A stretch of 64,000 bases of DNA from Lingula anatina (GCA_051362555.1 CM120641.1:24248401-24312400), one strand, 5' to 3'; shown: positions 43,499 through 58,317, counted from the first letter of the stretch. The notes: a model not told the origin generated them from the letters alone. Program-made: numbers and translations.

Positions 43499-45741
43499 TT
43501 AAATTTGCATTTCTGAATTTTTGAGAGGTTCCAGAGCATCATATTCCGAGCCTGACAAAACTTTCTTCTTGTGTCTGTTCCCCACGTGATCCAGAGTGTC
43601 ATACTTGTCTTCAACCGATTCTACACTGGAATATGCACCTCCACCGTCATTTGCCGACAGATGTCCATACAAATTCCCTGACATCTGTCTCTTAAAGGAA
43701 AGACCTGTGTGGTCCAGCTTACTGTATTCACTTCCAACATCCACATCAGGGACTGTGGACTTCTCAAGATCGTCCTTACCACCATATGCATTTAATGCAA
43801 CTGTCGGCTGCATCTTGTCTTTTGCTGTAGGGTTTATTGCAGAAAGTCTTATCACATCATATTCCTCATGGCTATCACAGGCTGTAACTGCAGGTGGCAA
43901 AGTGTTATCTTTTTTACCCTTCATTTCCTCACCCATAATTTCAGAATATTCATGGGGACCTGCTTGTGTTGGACTATCTGGCATATGCCCACTGTCTTCT
44001 TTTTCAGTATTACGAATGCCTGATATCACAGATTCAGGAGCCATAAAATATGACATATTTGGAAAAATTTTCTCCTCACTTTGCTCAGTTTCTTTTCCCT
44101 GAAGACAAGGTTCTGTAGTTACAACTCTAAATTTAGGTGGGGATTTCAGACTCACAGGGGCAGCACAGGGTGGTCGTCTCCTGGCTCTAATATTGGGAGA
44201 TTCCTGGGAACTGGGACTGCTTGTAAGTTTTGGATTAACATTGCTAACATATTCATACTCTGCATTTCCTACTGCCTTTCTAGGCCTGGCATCTGTTATT
44301 ACATCTGGTTCTGCATATCTTTGTTCATCTGAAGAACGAAATAGGTTGAATGTTTAATCATGAATACAAAAAATCAGTATTTCTACTTCTTGAAAAATTT
44401 CTTTGTCTGGAGTTATAAAATGCCATTCCAGTTTTATAACACTTGGTAATTATATTTACATTTTTTTTTACATTATTTTACATACAAGAAGAATCTTTCT
44501 GTTATAACACCATAATCATCTCGGAGATAATATATTTTGATCGATTTTCTTTTACTTTTTTCTTAGAGAAATAAACTAGCCATCCACTTCAGGACATACA
44601 AACCTTCAGGTTCTTGAACTTGTCCTGGAAACGGTGTCAGCTCGTGGCCACTGTCTGCTGACCTGCGTTATATACAGAAATTTTACAACATGTCAAGGAC
44701 CAAAATGTACCACAGTCACAATCAAAGTGTGCACAGTCAACATGTTAGACACTTAGTTAACTACAAATACAAATTCATCAGCAATTAAGGCCTATACAGC
44801 TTTTCAAGATCAGAATGGCTTCTACATTCAACTATCTACATAAATATGTAAAATATTTGTTGAATTCAAATAAAATGCGACTGTATGCATAAATAATGCA
44901 AACATTCCTTTCATTTTTGATTAAAATGTGACTGTCTGCATAAATATATGAAACTATCCTTTTATAATTTTTTTAATTCAAATAACAATGTGTCTGCAAG
45001 AATAAGTATAACATTTTTTTAAAATCTATGTACAATATCACAACACAAAACATCACAACCAAGTTACCTTGTATCATGAGGTGACTTTTTCTTTCTTTTC
45101 CTCTTTTGAATAAAGCACACCACAAAAATGACAACAAGAATCAGAATTACCAAGAAAACCACACCCACTATTACTCCTATCAAAGTGCTCTCTGTCACAG
45201 CTTCCTGCACTTCTTCCATGGCTGAGGAAGCTGATTCTGAAAAAAAATATCAAGATATACAATATAAAATATTCACCAAGACACACCAGACAGCAATTTT
45301 ACTTTAATGATATTTATTTATTTTTCTTCCAAAAATACCTTTCATCCACCTATAGTTAATGCAGATTCTTCAAGGAAAAATAAACACATATTCTAAAATG
45401 TTCCCCAAGACAACTACTGCCACTATGCCACAAACTTCAGAAGCATGAATATGTTTTCCATTTAATATCATATCATAATAATAATCCATAATAAACTAGG
45501 TTTGACAAAATGTAATATGCATTGAAGCATTGTAGTCATATGCTTCTCAATCTAAAAAGGATGATCGAAAGACTGTTTGGAAAAAAATCTTTAAGTCAGA
45601 GATTAGCAGTGAAGCTTTTTGCATATTTCAATATATTGCTATTTCACATGGACAAACTGACTAAATTCCTGGAATTGCAGCTCAACTGTGACACACACAC
45701 ACATGTGCACATGCACACACACATGTGTGCACACACGTGCG

Positions 45742-45779
<38 letters not shown>

Positions 45780-48582
45780 ATGTGCAGTTCCCATACCTTG
45801 AGCACAGAAAGGTCCGCCCCAGCCATCTTTGCACAGACAGGTGCCATTGACCACATCACACTTCTGTGTTGTAGATGTCGTGCACTGACATTTGCTGGCA
45901 CAATTCTGACCATAGGTGCCTGCAGGGCAGTCTGGAAAAATGAATAAATCAACAGTGCACAAATGATAAGTTTATGAAAATTACTATACATCTAGCTATG
46001 ATATACATAAGTTTTTCAAAATCTCTATCTGCATTTATTATGTCTGTCAACAGAAGATGATGTTGCATGATCCTCAAGAGAACTTTGAGGACATTCAGAG
46101 CAAGTTGATCTGCAGACTTACACCCCGTTTCCATAGATTAGATCGACCTACTTTAGATCGACCTAACTCCCTGGGGGTTCACGCTAAATAGCTGTCAGCC
46201 GGGCGGACATGAAAGTTAATTACCTCCATACACTTTGTAGTTGGCGGGTCGGACATTCAAGTCGGATTATCTGAAAGTAATCTAGTTAGACTCCCCGTGG
46301 GGATAGATCGATCTAAAACCTATGGGAATAGAACCTAACAGATCAGCGGATCAAATATGGCCGACCAACATTAAAGCAGAGTCAACTAATCCACTGATAG
46401 TCTACCCGCTTCTACATGCACAGTCCCTGTAGGAGTCTAGCAATTAAACCTCGGAGCCATGCTTTAATCCATTAAATGGTGCGTGCAGAGGCGGGGAGTC
46501 CACCAGTTGACTCTGCTTTTATGTCGGGTGGGCCATATTTAGTCTGCGGATCAGTAAGTCCATGGATCATCTTTTCTGAATGCGCTCTTTGCCTTGTCAC
46601 TGAGAGTTCATCTCAGAGTTCAACTGAGCCATGCTGGGCAAATTAACTAAAACAAAACTGAGAAATAACATGGAAAACATATGTCAGACTTTGAAATGCG
46701 TGGTACAGAGGAAATGGATATATTTTTGCCTTGTTAACTATAACAGGAGACTAGGCAATGCATGCTAGCCTTAATACAAATTAAATGAGCTGTTCTTCAG
46801 AGGATTCAGAGGATTTCACAAGATAGGGTGCAATCTATCAATTTGTCTCCATGCAATACAATTTTTTTCTGAAGGTGTGTTTAGGTGCACTGTGGTGTGT
46901 GTGTGTGTGTGTGTGTATGTGTGTGTGTGTGTGTGTAGGTGGGGGGTGGGGGGGTGGGGGATTACAGGGTAGCACATACTCAAGGGGCCCTTTGTTATCT
47001 ATACCTAAGATGTATAACCACACTGTTGCCATGGCCAGTTTCATGGCAAATCACAAAACCACAAGTTTGTGTTAACTTAAAGACCACAAATATTGGTTTA
47101 CCTCAATCCTTAAACATAAGCTTTTTCTTCCTTTTTTATAAAGTACACACTATATATATATATATACACACACACACTTCAGGGAACTAATGCTGATTTA
47201 TCTGGTAAAATATTTTGGTCAACTTTTGGGTGTTATGCGATAAGTTCTTTACATTTGTAGCACTCTAATTAAGTCTGTGTTGTGAAGTCTACACCTACCT
47301 GAGGCACACATGTGTCCACGTTTTCCAGGGTCACAAAAACATGCACCAGTCACATGATCACATTCCCTGCCACCACAACGACAAGTCTGGCTACAATTTG
47401 TGCCAAACATACCAGAGTCACATACTAAAACAAAGGAGGGCAAGGGTCTTTCATTAGCAGGACAGAGGATGCAACAAAGCAAGTAAATCTATGTTCCCTA
47501 CATCAGATGACATGCTCACTAACATGCCCCTCATGCTACAAAGCTTTGCACTTTAAAAAGAAATCACAGACATATTATCAAGGTTACTGATATGCACCCA
47601 CAGTTTTAAAGTATGTCAAAGTATGTGACAACTCTCCTCTAACTAAAATATCTTTCTTTACTCTTGAACTTGTCTCCCTTGAATGTAGTATCAATACAGT
47701 CTTCCACATGCTAATGTAATCTAAAGTAAAACAAAGATAACTTTCTTAAATCTCATATGTGCATTGTCACTGACTGTTTTTTTTTCACAAAAAAAAGAAA
47801 GAAAAAAATACATAAATTATTAACTAGTTAATAAGGTCAAAAATAAAACAGTTTAAATAAAATGTTACTAAGAACTGCACCTTTATCGCACACAGTTCCT
47901 ATCCAGCCAGGCTGACACTTGCAGCTGCCGTCTGCTGGATCACACGTGGCATTGTTCTGACACAAGCAACTCTCTTTACAATGCTCACCATAGAAACCAT
48001 CAGGGCATGCTGAAATGATAGAGGCACTCTAAGATCACATGTTCCTTAACATTCTTCTAGTTTATATCCACGCAAAGTAAGCAAGTGGATAAATAACTTA
48101 AAAACAACATGATACAGGGTCACATTTCAACAAGGTTTTTTTAGTGCAAAAATATCAAGCCCTTAAGAAACAAAACGATACCCAATTAACTTAACGATGT
48201 AAAGGAAATTTGTAAAGAAATAAAAGATCATTCCAAACATTCATAAATATAGGTATGATTAATAGTATTTAGCATTCTAGGCATTTTTTAAATACATTTA
48301 CAGACTATACTATACATAACAACCAAGAAATAATAAAAAAATTATATACAATTTTTTCAAATTATATAAAAGCTGTCATTAAGGTCAATTCACTGGCAAC
48401 AAAAGATACATATACTACAGTTATTTCATCAAAATGATCAATGTGTGCTCACTCTGTGTACAGTTCCTTCCTATCCATCCAGGTTTACAGGTGCAGTCTC
48501 CCTCAGTTTGGTTACACAACTGGTTGGCATGGCACTTACATTTACCCATACATCCATCACCATATCTTCCTTCAGGGCAGCC

Positions 48583-48664
<82 letters not shown>

Positions 48665-50641
48665 ACAAACCAAGAATGGTACAGTGCTGAAATGTAAATA
48701 CATGGAATACATCAACTTGGGAGAACTACAACTGAGGCTAATTTTCTGGCACCTCTACCTCTAGTGACTTATATGTTTCTAATTATACTGGAATAAATTT
48801 ATTTAAAAATAATACTTTTAAATAAATAATCACTGACCTTGACATTCACCATTCTTTTCCTTAGTCCCTGGACAACATATCATCTTAGTTTGGTAAGCAG
48901 TTTGATATGTAGTATAAGTTTCAGTGCTATATTCAATTCTAAAAGAGAAAAAAAGATATTTGTATTACCTTCATACATTTATTCTCAAATGATTTTGTAT
49001 TAAATATATATTTATTATACATAAATTTAGATATTAATTGTTTACAAAGAAGTTTATACCAGTTACTTTAATTTATAAAATATTGGGCCAGTTTCACAAA
49101 GGAGCATAAATCCAGAATTAGTAATTAATTAATTAATTAATGACTTAAATTGTGGTCTAGTTCAGGATAAATCTTTAAAATAAAGTAAATACAGGGCTAA
49201 AAAAAGTCATTTCTTTCTTTTCATAAAACAGGCACAAAATTTCATTCATGAACTGGCTGACCTAGGGTAAAAAAAATGTAGAGTCTATATATTAGTTAAA
49301 ACTAACTTTCTTAAGGAGATAACAGGTGCTCATTTTGGCCAAAAAATTGGTTAAATATAATTTATTATATTTCTGTTAGTTGTTAACAATGTATTTATTG
49401 TGAAATATGAATCTCATACTTGTTATGCACTTAAGTTCCTTAAGTTATTTTGAGAAACTGTCCCTGTGGTACTCTCATACTTGTAATTTAAAACTTAAAT
49501 GAATTTTCAATTTTCCTTTACTTTTGTTGGAATGACAACTTCAAAACTGATCAATTCTGATTTATGTTCTCTTATGTGTCTTGAATGTAATTTATTATAG
49601 CTGCATTGGTCAAATGTGTCCAGGATGTGTACTTATATATGATCAGTTTAGAGGTCAAGTTAAGGATGTCAATTTTGTACAGTCACACGGGGTTACACAA
49701 GAAGCCATATCTTTGACTGAGAAGTACATCCGTCTCGAATGCATGTAGCCCCCTTAAACCATATCATTCACCTTCTTCAATCAGTTCAAGTTTTCAATCG
49801 GTGTCTAGAAGCCATTTAGTGCTCTGCATGGAAGTCTTCTCTTTTATAAGACTTAAAGTATAATTGAATTTAAGTGACCACTCTGGTAACCAAACTGACT
49901 AGGAAGCCAATACTATGTAATTATATGTGTGAAGATATACCAGGGTATAAAGATGTAAATAAATGCGGGGGTCAGTAATTAGTAGTTAGAGAGGATACTA
50001 TATGCTGATCTCTAGAAAGCAAAACATGATGTGATATCAGTATACTCATGAGGCCTCACCTGTATTTTGTGCTACACCTGCTAGGAAACCATAACCTTGT
50101 CCAACCAGAGCAAGAGGGCTTGTAGTTGATCACTTTTGCAGTCATTTTTGTCAACAACTTGCTTTCCATTACACTATAAAATAATGTCAAATGTCCATGT
50201 TTTGACCATGTGGTTTACAGAGATATACCATTTCATCTCATACAACAGCAACATTAAATAAAAAGAGGCATACACAAAGAATTAAAGAGTCACAAATGGA
50301 CTATAATGCCTGGTGTTTATTTTTCACAGTTTATCCTCATCTTGATATATCACTTGAAATTTTGCTTTTATTATTATCATCAATATTGTTTATATCCATA
50401 TGTATAATGTTGTTCAAAGTGTCCATTGGTCATGACCGTCACACTGTCACACATTATTTTTGTCACATATGTTTTCAATTAAAAAATTAAGAAATGACCT
50501 ATACGTACTCAGTAGTGAACAGAGAACAGATTTCTGTTGAACCTACCTTACTGTTTGTGTACATTGCTTAGGTACAGCTTTATTGTGATGCACCATGTCC
50601 ATAAGAAATATAACAAGGAATACACTGATGTAGCTCTTCAT
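43499..50641 (-). CDS. MEGF10/Draper/CED-1-like type I membrane receptor (signal peptide, EMI domain, EGF-like repeats, TM, Tyr-motif tail)
   Basis: ATG at 50641 (MKSYISVFLVIFLMDM, signal-like). EMI-like exons near 50173-50060 and 48938-48838 (...MICCPG). Cys-rich EGF exons near 48581-48453 (CPEGRYGDGC), 48008-47881 (CPDGFYGEHC), 47424-47299 and 45931-45797 (CPAGTYGQNC). TM exon 45236-45068 (LIGVIVGVVFLVILILVVIFVVCFI-QKRKRKKK). Long last exon 44328-43499. Confidence 0.88.
46090..46583. mobile_element. MITE family C (long degenerate TIRs)
   Basis: Left arm CATTCAGAGCAAGTTGATC..[B]..AAATATGGCCGACCAACATTAAAGCAGAGTCAACT pairs with the reverse complement of AGTTGACTCTGCTTTTATGTCGGGTGGGCCATATTT...TCTGAATG. 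TSD not identified. Confidence 0.72.
46121..46335 (+). mobile_element. MITE family B, more diverged copy, nested in MITE C
   Basis: CACCCCGTTTCCATAGATTAGATCGACC... aligns to the other B copies; flanks TTA/TAA. Confidence 0.85.
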
Positions 50642-51139
50642 CTCACAGGAAAAAGGAAATCCTGATAGTAATAATAAAAAGCTCCAACTTAAATTTGTTT
50701 TTCAAAATTATCCAATTTACAATCACCAAACACAAAAATTCTTAAAAGTATTGCCTTGTATATGAATTCACTCATATCATTTCAAGGTTAACTTTTCATA
50801 AAATCGTGAATGATTGTTGTATGCCTTATTTGTTACTTTATCAGAATTCAACAGAGTTACACCTTATTGGCAGTCATCAATTTCCAGGAAGGGTCATTTC
50901 AGTACAAGTTAAAACTGCCCCTTGTACTTACTGTATGTTAATCAGTTCTAGTAGGGAAAATCTACTTTCTTTTACATTTAAAAAAAAATTAATTTAGGGT
51001 TTATAAGGTATAGATAAGTACGTTTCTGTCAACAAAATGTGTGCGCACGAAACCAGTGGCAGTGAATCACTCACAGATACGCTCCAATTAAGTCAACACA
51101 AACTTTTTATAGTTCCTTCACTTTCACCAACATATCTTA

Positions 51140-51510
51140 CCTTGCGCGCTACGAAGGTGTTTCTGGAGCCGAATAAAATAATCAACAAGTTACGATCGCT
51201 GGATGGCTTAATATTAATACATCCTGGTAATGAAAGGGTGCAAAAGGGGGCTACATGCCCACACCTCCATATTTAAAAACCTTATGGCCTACTTGTTGCC
51301 ACTTTAATTGCCTATGACCTATTTAAATTGACCTAAATAAAGTGACCAATCATTTGTTGCGTTTCGAATTCCACTGACGAATCAAGTCCATGTTTTGAAT
51401 TAGAAGCGACCATTTTAAACGAGGCCAAAACACAAGCCGTGATAGTCCACAGTATCTACAAATAAGCATTGAAAAAGCTCGGATTCCTTCGAAAAGGGAT
51501 ATCTGATAAG
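51140..51510. promoter_or_regulatory. Bidirectional promoter, MEGF-like gene / POC5, with two tandem RORE motifs
   Basis: Minus-strand donor near 51141 and plus-strand donor near 51510 flank a CpG-enriched segment. TAAATAGGTCA and TATTTAGGTCA occur on the minus strand at 51315-51325 and 51329-51339. Confidence 0.6.
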
Positions 51511-51775
51511 GTGAGAAATCTATTTAGATAAATCTGTTAGAATTAAGAGAATGAAATACTGTCCATACCTCTCCATTTAGACAGGTGCAAAACTTTTATG
51601 CAGCTGTTAAAATACTGAAGTTAAACCTCAGACATTTGACGTTCCTTCATCATCATGTGCATTAAAAAGTGTCATGTTAAAATAAATGCAAGTTTAAGTG
51701 AATGGTGTTATTGCCATCACTACGGCTCGTACGAGCCTCATGCACCATGCTAAAGATTTCAAGAAGTATTAAGAA

Positions 51776-51826
<51 letters not shown>

Positions 51827-51930
51827 AAACACTCATCAAGTATATTTTCAAAATATTATTGTGCCCTGATCAATCAGTATGCCCTTAAATGCTTAGAAAC
51901 ATTGCACTGAACCCATTTGTATTTTATTAG

Positions 51931-53062
51931 ATGTCTTCTACATCAGATGATAGTTCAACCCCAATGCTGCCTGAAGATTCTCCAGGAAGTTCTATCTCTA
52001 GCAGGCTACAGGTTAGTAAAAGTCATTCTCTGCTGGTAGTGGCACTTTTATTTGTAAACATGTCCTTTCTAGTGCTAGAATATGAAAGATATATGTGTAG
52101 TTGGGTTGTATATGGGTGTTAAGTGTGTAATAGTATTACAATGTTTATAAATGAAGTTCATAAATTTAGTTTATGATTTTCAGTTGTTTTGAAATATTTT
52201 TTTTTTATATTCAGGATGAATATGATGAACTTTTAAAATATGCTGTAGTGGTTCCCAAATTTGACCCCAGCACTCTTCCACAAACACTTGCAGACATCAG
52301 AGAATCATTTCCCCAGAGAAGGGAAATGCCTACTATCCCAGAAAGACATGTTACTATTTCTGCAGGTTTGTTTCCTGTTGACTGAAAATCATCTTTTTGC
52401 TATGTAATCTTTCAAAGTCTTAGGTATCAGTTATGCATACAAGACAATTTTGTAATTGACTTAGTTTCAGACTGATGGGATTTTGGAAAGCTACAAGTAC
52501 AATCTTACTTGATTTTCAGAGGTGGTGTTGGTCAGCTTCTTTATTTTCATATATGCCAACTTTTACTTTGAGAGTGAATAATGTTTTCATTTAGTCTCTA
52601 AGTCAGTGACTAATGTGGATAAATGCATTTTATAATAACAGATACTTTGACATTTTTTTTGTTGAAATTATTATTATTATTATTGTGTAATATTTATATT
52701 TTATTATTTGTTTATTTAAAGAGGAGAGTTCACCAGGTGAATCAGTTGAAGAGGAAGAGAGAATCGAGGATAGGAATAGCTCCTCTCCAACAGGCAGAGT
52801 GCAGCAGCCATATGTTGACCCCAGTCAGCAAGGTCAAAGGGCACCATCTAGGTCACATGTGTCAGGTACAGGTTTCTTCACTTGGGCCTGTATCACAAGA
52901 TTATGAAAATTCAGATTCACTTGTATAAGGTTGTAAAGAATCCAGCTACGCAAGTTGTACATTTTAGCTGTAATTATTGTGGATCATTCAGCACTACACA
53001 GTCAGGGGCAGATATTACAAAGTCTTGGATTTTAGCTGTTGAAAATGAACCCCTTGAAAAAT

Positions 53063-53112
<50 letters not shown>

Positions 53113-56100
53113 TGATGCAAGCTTCAGGTGGACATTAGCACGTACTTGTACAGGTCTTGTATTTATAGGAAAAAAAAGCATGGATTTCAGAATGCCACAA
53201 CTTTTTAAGCATTTTGTGGTCAAAAAATAAGGTTGCTAGAGCTTTGAAGATAAGTGTGAATAATTATATCCTTACAGCACAGCTGCAAACCCCCAGTAAA
53301 ATGGCTGGACTCGGTGGACAGGCCCCGCTGACCCCAGAGAGTGAGTCTTCCACCCTGAGTGCCAGTCCAGGGGAGAGTTCACCTGAAAGTCAGCCTGCTT
53401 ACTCCCCCACTGTGGACCCAGATGTTGGCAGGATGGAGCAGTACCTTGATGTGTGGTGTGGGGACTTGAAAAGAAATGTCTTGGTGAGTGCCATGTGCCA
53501 GGAAATATATCCATATGAGTTGACCAAACTAGAAAAATATAAATTAATAAAAATTGAGTAAATGGCATAAAAGCACTTGGCTTTTTACTGTTACTTGGTG
53601 CTTAGTAGTAATTATTATTTAAAGCAAAAAAAAACAACAAACAAACAATTAATGTATAAGTAAAAGAGAGAAATGAGTTGGAAAATTCATATGAATGCAG
53701 TAACATGAACAAATGAATAAGATAATTAAGTTGTCATTGGTAGCCAAGAACTAGACCATGTCCAAAAGCTTGAGTAAACCTGTGGATAATGAGTCAATTT
53801 GAGTGCAGGCATAATAATAATGTGAAAAATACAGTGGTTTTATTGTTTCTTTCTCTGTCTTAAGAAAAGATTATATAATTGAGCATTAATTTTTTTTTTT
53901 TTTTTTTTTTTTTGAAAAATGACACCTTAGTAGATGCAGTTTGTTGTCTAAATGTATATTTTTGCTCATTTCAGAATGAACTAAGTAGAATGAAGATCAA
54001 AACCATTGAACATGGACGCCAGCAACTGCAGAGAGAAAAAGAAAAGTATAATTCATGTCTCGATATTCCTTTTAAGATATGAGAACAAGTAGAGAACATT
54101 GTTTTCATTTCAAATTTCAGTAATGAAAAATCTATTTTGAATTTGTTGGCATTTTTGTGTGTTAATTTCTAATACCTGTTGATTTAATAGTCAGATCTAA
54201 AAGACTGTTTCTGTTTTAGGGTAGAACCAGACATTATCCACACTCTGCATCTGTATGTAGACTAATAACACTGTGTCCAATAAACAATTTTTACAAGGGT
54301 TAATGAGTACTCAGTTATGGTGATATGATAATTTGGACCAATAAATCTAGACAGTATATATATCTTAATAAAACTAATTTTAGGCATGCATTGGAGGTGA
54401 ACCAGCTCCAGAATGAAATGGAGGGACTGAAAGAACTTCTTAATACATATGAACAGTCGATACAGAGGAAGGATGAAGTGATCTCAAACCTCACCAGAGG
54501 GCTTCAGAAACAGAAGGAAAAGTTTGAAATGCTAAAGACATTTTGTGACTGGAAAATCCGGCATAGTGAGCAGATGAGAGAGGTAACAATGTTGAAACCT
54601 TTTTTTTTTTTTTTTTTTTTTTTGCTGTAAATAATTTATTATATTTTAATTTAAAATACCACCTTAAAATCAAACTTGTTAATGTGAGTGGTTATTTTAA
54701 GAGCACTTCGAAGGGTAAATCTAAATTCCTAATATAAAAGATGTGTGTATATATCATAAAAGTAATTGAAAAGTGTTCAGTCTGAATTAACATCCCTTTA
54801 GGGGATACTTGTATTCTAAATGACAAGATTGCATCACATACCCATTGGTACCTCAAAGTATCACAGAAGCCCTTTTTAGGTCAAAGAATTTTTGAAATGT
54901 AGAATATTCAGAACAGCAATTATTTTGAAAAAAAAATGCATGTTAGAATGTTTGCATTATTGTTGTAACACTGTGATAACAACAGCAACTTGTTTGATAT
55001 ATCTCCTGTAGAAATTTGCTACCAACCTGGCCAGGAAGCACTACCACAGGACCCTGTCACAGAAAGTGTGGGCTTCCTGGCACGCCATCATAGAAGCCAA
55101 GTGGAGACAAAGAGTAGAGAAAGCCTGTCAGGCTAAAGCACAGGAAGTCTGTATAGCTCTAACCAATGACTACGAGACAAAGTTAGCCTCGGTGAGTTGT
55201 GCTGAAGTTACAGCTTGTCTCCTTATAGTTTATTAAATAGTTTGGCAACCTGTTAATAGTTGGATAAATACAATGGCACTATCAAGTAAAATTACTAAAT
55301 GATAAAAATGAGGATATTGGTGGATGCATAAAACCAAAATAAAATTCCATTGTATTAATTAAAAAAATGATAACTAGTTTTAAAAGCTTGCTGGTCAACA
55401 TTGAAGCTTGAATAATGCACTTAATAAATCTCCCATTGAACATTTGGTCGTGATTTTAGATCTTTTAAATGACTTGGTTATCCTAAGGGAATATTTGTTA
55501 GTTTATCTAGGTTCTAGAGGATAGTAGTCTGTGATCAGGGTAATTAGTTATCTTTATTAACATTTTTTTTTTTTTTTTTTTTTTTTTTGTGTATTGAAGC
55601 ACCTTTTACTGAGTAATTCAAGCTTATACTTTCTTTGCAGTACAGCATCTAAGTTCCTGATAAATTATCTAAAGTGCTCTTTCCCGAGATTGCTCTTTAA
55701 GTCAGAGAATTTGTTAGTTAAACCAAAGTGCCAAACAAGTGAAGTGCATTTTAGGACTGTCTGGTACAAGGTCATTAACTTTGAGGCCTTGTTTCAGGTT
55801 TTGTAGGAAATTCATCCATTTGTTTGTTTGTTTTTTTGTGTGATTTTTGTCAGTTTATGGTCAGTAGATATATAGGTTCCAAGCAATTAGAATGTTATAA
55901 CAATAAATAAGCATCAACTAAACATCCTGGAGATTATGTCATTGTGTTTGTATACCATAGCTGAATGAAGCACTGGATGCAGCCAGAACAGAAGTCGGCC
56001 AGCTGCATGCTGAGAGGGAAAAGTACGAGGAGACAATGAAGAAGGCCTTCATGAGGGGAGTGTGCGCCTTGAATTTGGAAGCCATGTCAATGTTCCATGA

Positions 56101-57761
56101 AGGAGAAGATGGAAATGGCCAGGGTAATTGAAATGGATTAAGATTTGTCATCTTATTGGAATTCCAATCATTTCATGTATAGTCTGCATAAAAGCTTTGG
56201 GGTAGGGGGTTGGTTCTTGGACTGGTGAAATACTGATATTGCCAAGGTGAAGTAGTAACCAGTCAATAAAATTATTCTTCTTTTATGGGTCAAAGCTTTA
56301 GGTTATCTAAGAGAATCAGTTACAGTTTTCTTACAACTCCAGTAAATGTCCTTAGTCTCGACACAAGTAATTTCATTTACTGTAACAATCAATGGATATA
56401 TCTAGTTATTGTTGTAGTTTCCTCAATCAGCTTAAATTAGTGTTTTCAATACACATAAATAGCTCAAAATGGTAATTGAACAGCTATTAAAGTTAATGAG
56501 GCTTTAACTTGGCCGATAAAATTCTACACTGGATGCTTCTATCACATATATTCAGGTGATGGTCAGAGTGATGGTGGATCCCCAGGGGATGGGGGCAGTG
56601 GTGGTGGTGGTTTGGTCATACCCCAGGAACCTGTATACAGCACTGAGAGCCAGCAGAGGTTGCCCTCCCATCTCACATCTACGTCAGCACCAGCCCAGCC
56701 TAGAGTGGTCACAAGTCAGGCTGCAATCTCACACTCTTATGTTGCGCAGACAGCAAGACCACAGGTATTGCTGCTTTTGTGTCAAAAAAACATTTTAGTA
56801 AATATTGAGTACTCATTCTATTTTTCTAACAAAGGTTATCAAGAAAGCTAGTGAACTAAAACCTTTCTCGTCTACCTTATAATATTTATCAAATGATACT
56901 GTGTAGAATAATAGCATCAATTTTGAGAAATGAAAGATTGAAGTTCTGCAAGTGTTTATTTTTGCAACCCCTTACTTTATATGCACACTTGATACTGCCT
57001 AATGATAGGCATTAGTACCTCAGTTATATTTGAAGATATTAGTCCACTAATGGAACCATATCTGTCTTGTACTTTCAGATGTCCAAGCAGGTCAGACCTA
57101 CGTCCAGTCTAAAGGGTAAAACAGTGACTGCAACAGTCTCAGCAAGGCCGGACGTGTTAAGGAGAGGTGACCGCATAGGTGGTGAAATACCCACTATGGG
57201 GTTAGCGCCACCTATGAGTTCAGTTTTAGTAGAAAGACATCAACCTGTAGTGAAAGTAAGTGAATTTTAATAGTTTTGGGGTTTTAATGACCTTCTTTTT
57301 CTGCAAAAAAAATTGCAACGTCTGGGTGCATAACATCTATTACACAGTAAGCAAATTTATTTTTAACATAATTTATTTACAATCTTCAATAATAGATATG
57401 TTCTTTTATTTTCACCAGGAAAGTGGTTTTCAACAACATACTTTTAGAAATTTATATGATTTGTATGATTTACCTATTTCCATTCCAGCCAAGACTTGGA
57501 CATGCTACTGCCTTGCAGTACTCAAGATATGAGTAAATGCACGGCTTAATGCTTATTTATTTATTAGACCATTGATATAATTATTTCCAATTGCAGCAAA
57601 CAATTGGCCATGCCACCGCCATGCAGTACCCAAGATCAGGTCAGCCATTACAGAGACCTGGTCCCACACAGCCCAGGATAGTTCAGAGGAAGATAGCTGG
57701 ACAGACAGGCCCAGTACACTTAGGGTCTCCCAATGTACACACAGTCAAAGTGGTGGAGTGA
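51931..57761 (+). CDS. POC5: Centrosomal protein POC5
   Basis: MSSTSDDSSTPMLPEDSPGSSISSRLQ|DEYDELLKYAVVVPK matches the POC5 N-terminus. Coiled-coil exons near 53976-54045 and 54384-54582, 55012-55191 (QKVWASWHAIIEAKWRQRVEKACQ), 55961-56122 (YEETMKKAFMRGVCALNLEAMSMF). Ends ...HTVKVVE* with TGA at 57759-57761. Confidence 0.92.
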
Positions 57762-58317
57762 TTGGTGCTCTTTTGAAATGTTGATTTTATTTCACAAATT
57801 AATGTATTTCATAATTGGAATGAAATGGTGATATTTTAGGAATAACATTTTTAACCTCATTGGATGTAAGTTCATTCTATCAATATATATGTTAAAATAT
57901 GGAAGTGTTTTATGGCTAGTATGGATTTTTATCATCTCAGATATGATCTTATCTTGTATTTTAAATAGTCTCATGATTTTTAAAAACATGTATGACAACT
58001 GAACTTGCTTAACTGGTGGTGTTGTAAAAAGTTAAAATGTTGTTAGTGTTTATTATACTCAAAAAAATGTGAACATTATTTTGAACAATAAGGCAAAGGA
58101 ATAAATCACTTCTTGTTAGATATCTTTTATTGGCTTTTTATAAAATGCAAGTTCTTCAGCTGACATATTACACCAAAGATTAAAAAAGACATCCACTGTC
58201 ACAAAAATGCTAAGAAGTCAAAAGGACCTTTCAGCAGGGTTACTGATCAAAGTTGTCTTCTGGGTAGTCTACGAGGAATTGTCAGAGAACTGTAAGATAT
58301 TCTATAACTCAGTTTTG

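Noticed and set aside
43596-44102. 168-aa plus-strand ORF
   Set aside because: Antisense shadow of the MEGF-like cytoplasmic exon.
45522-47190. ORFs rich in HT or CV dipeptides
   Set aside because: Translations of (CA)n/(GT)n microsatellites, partly overlapping a real EGF exon.
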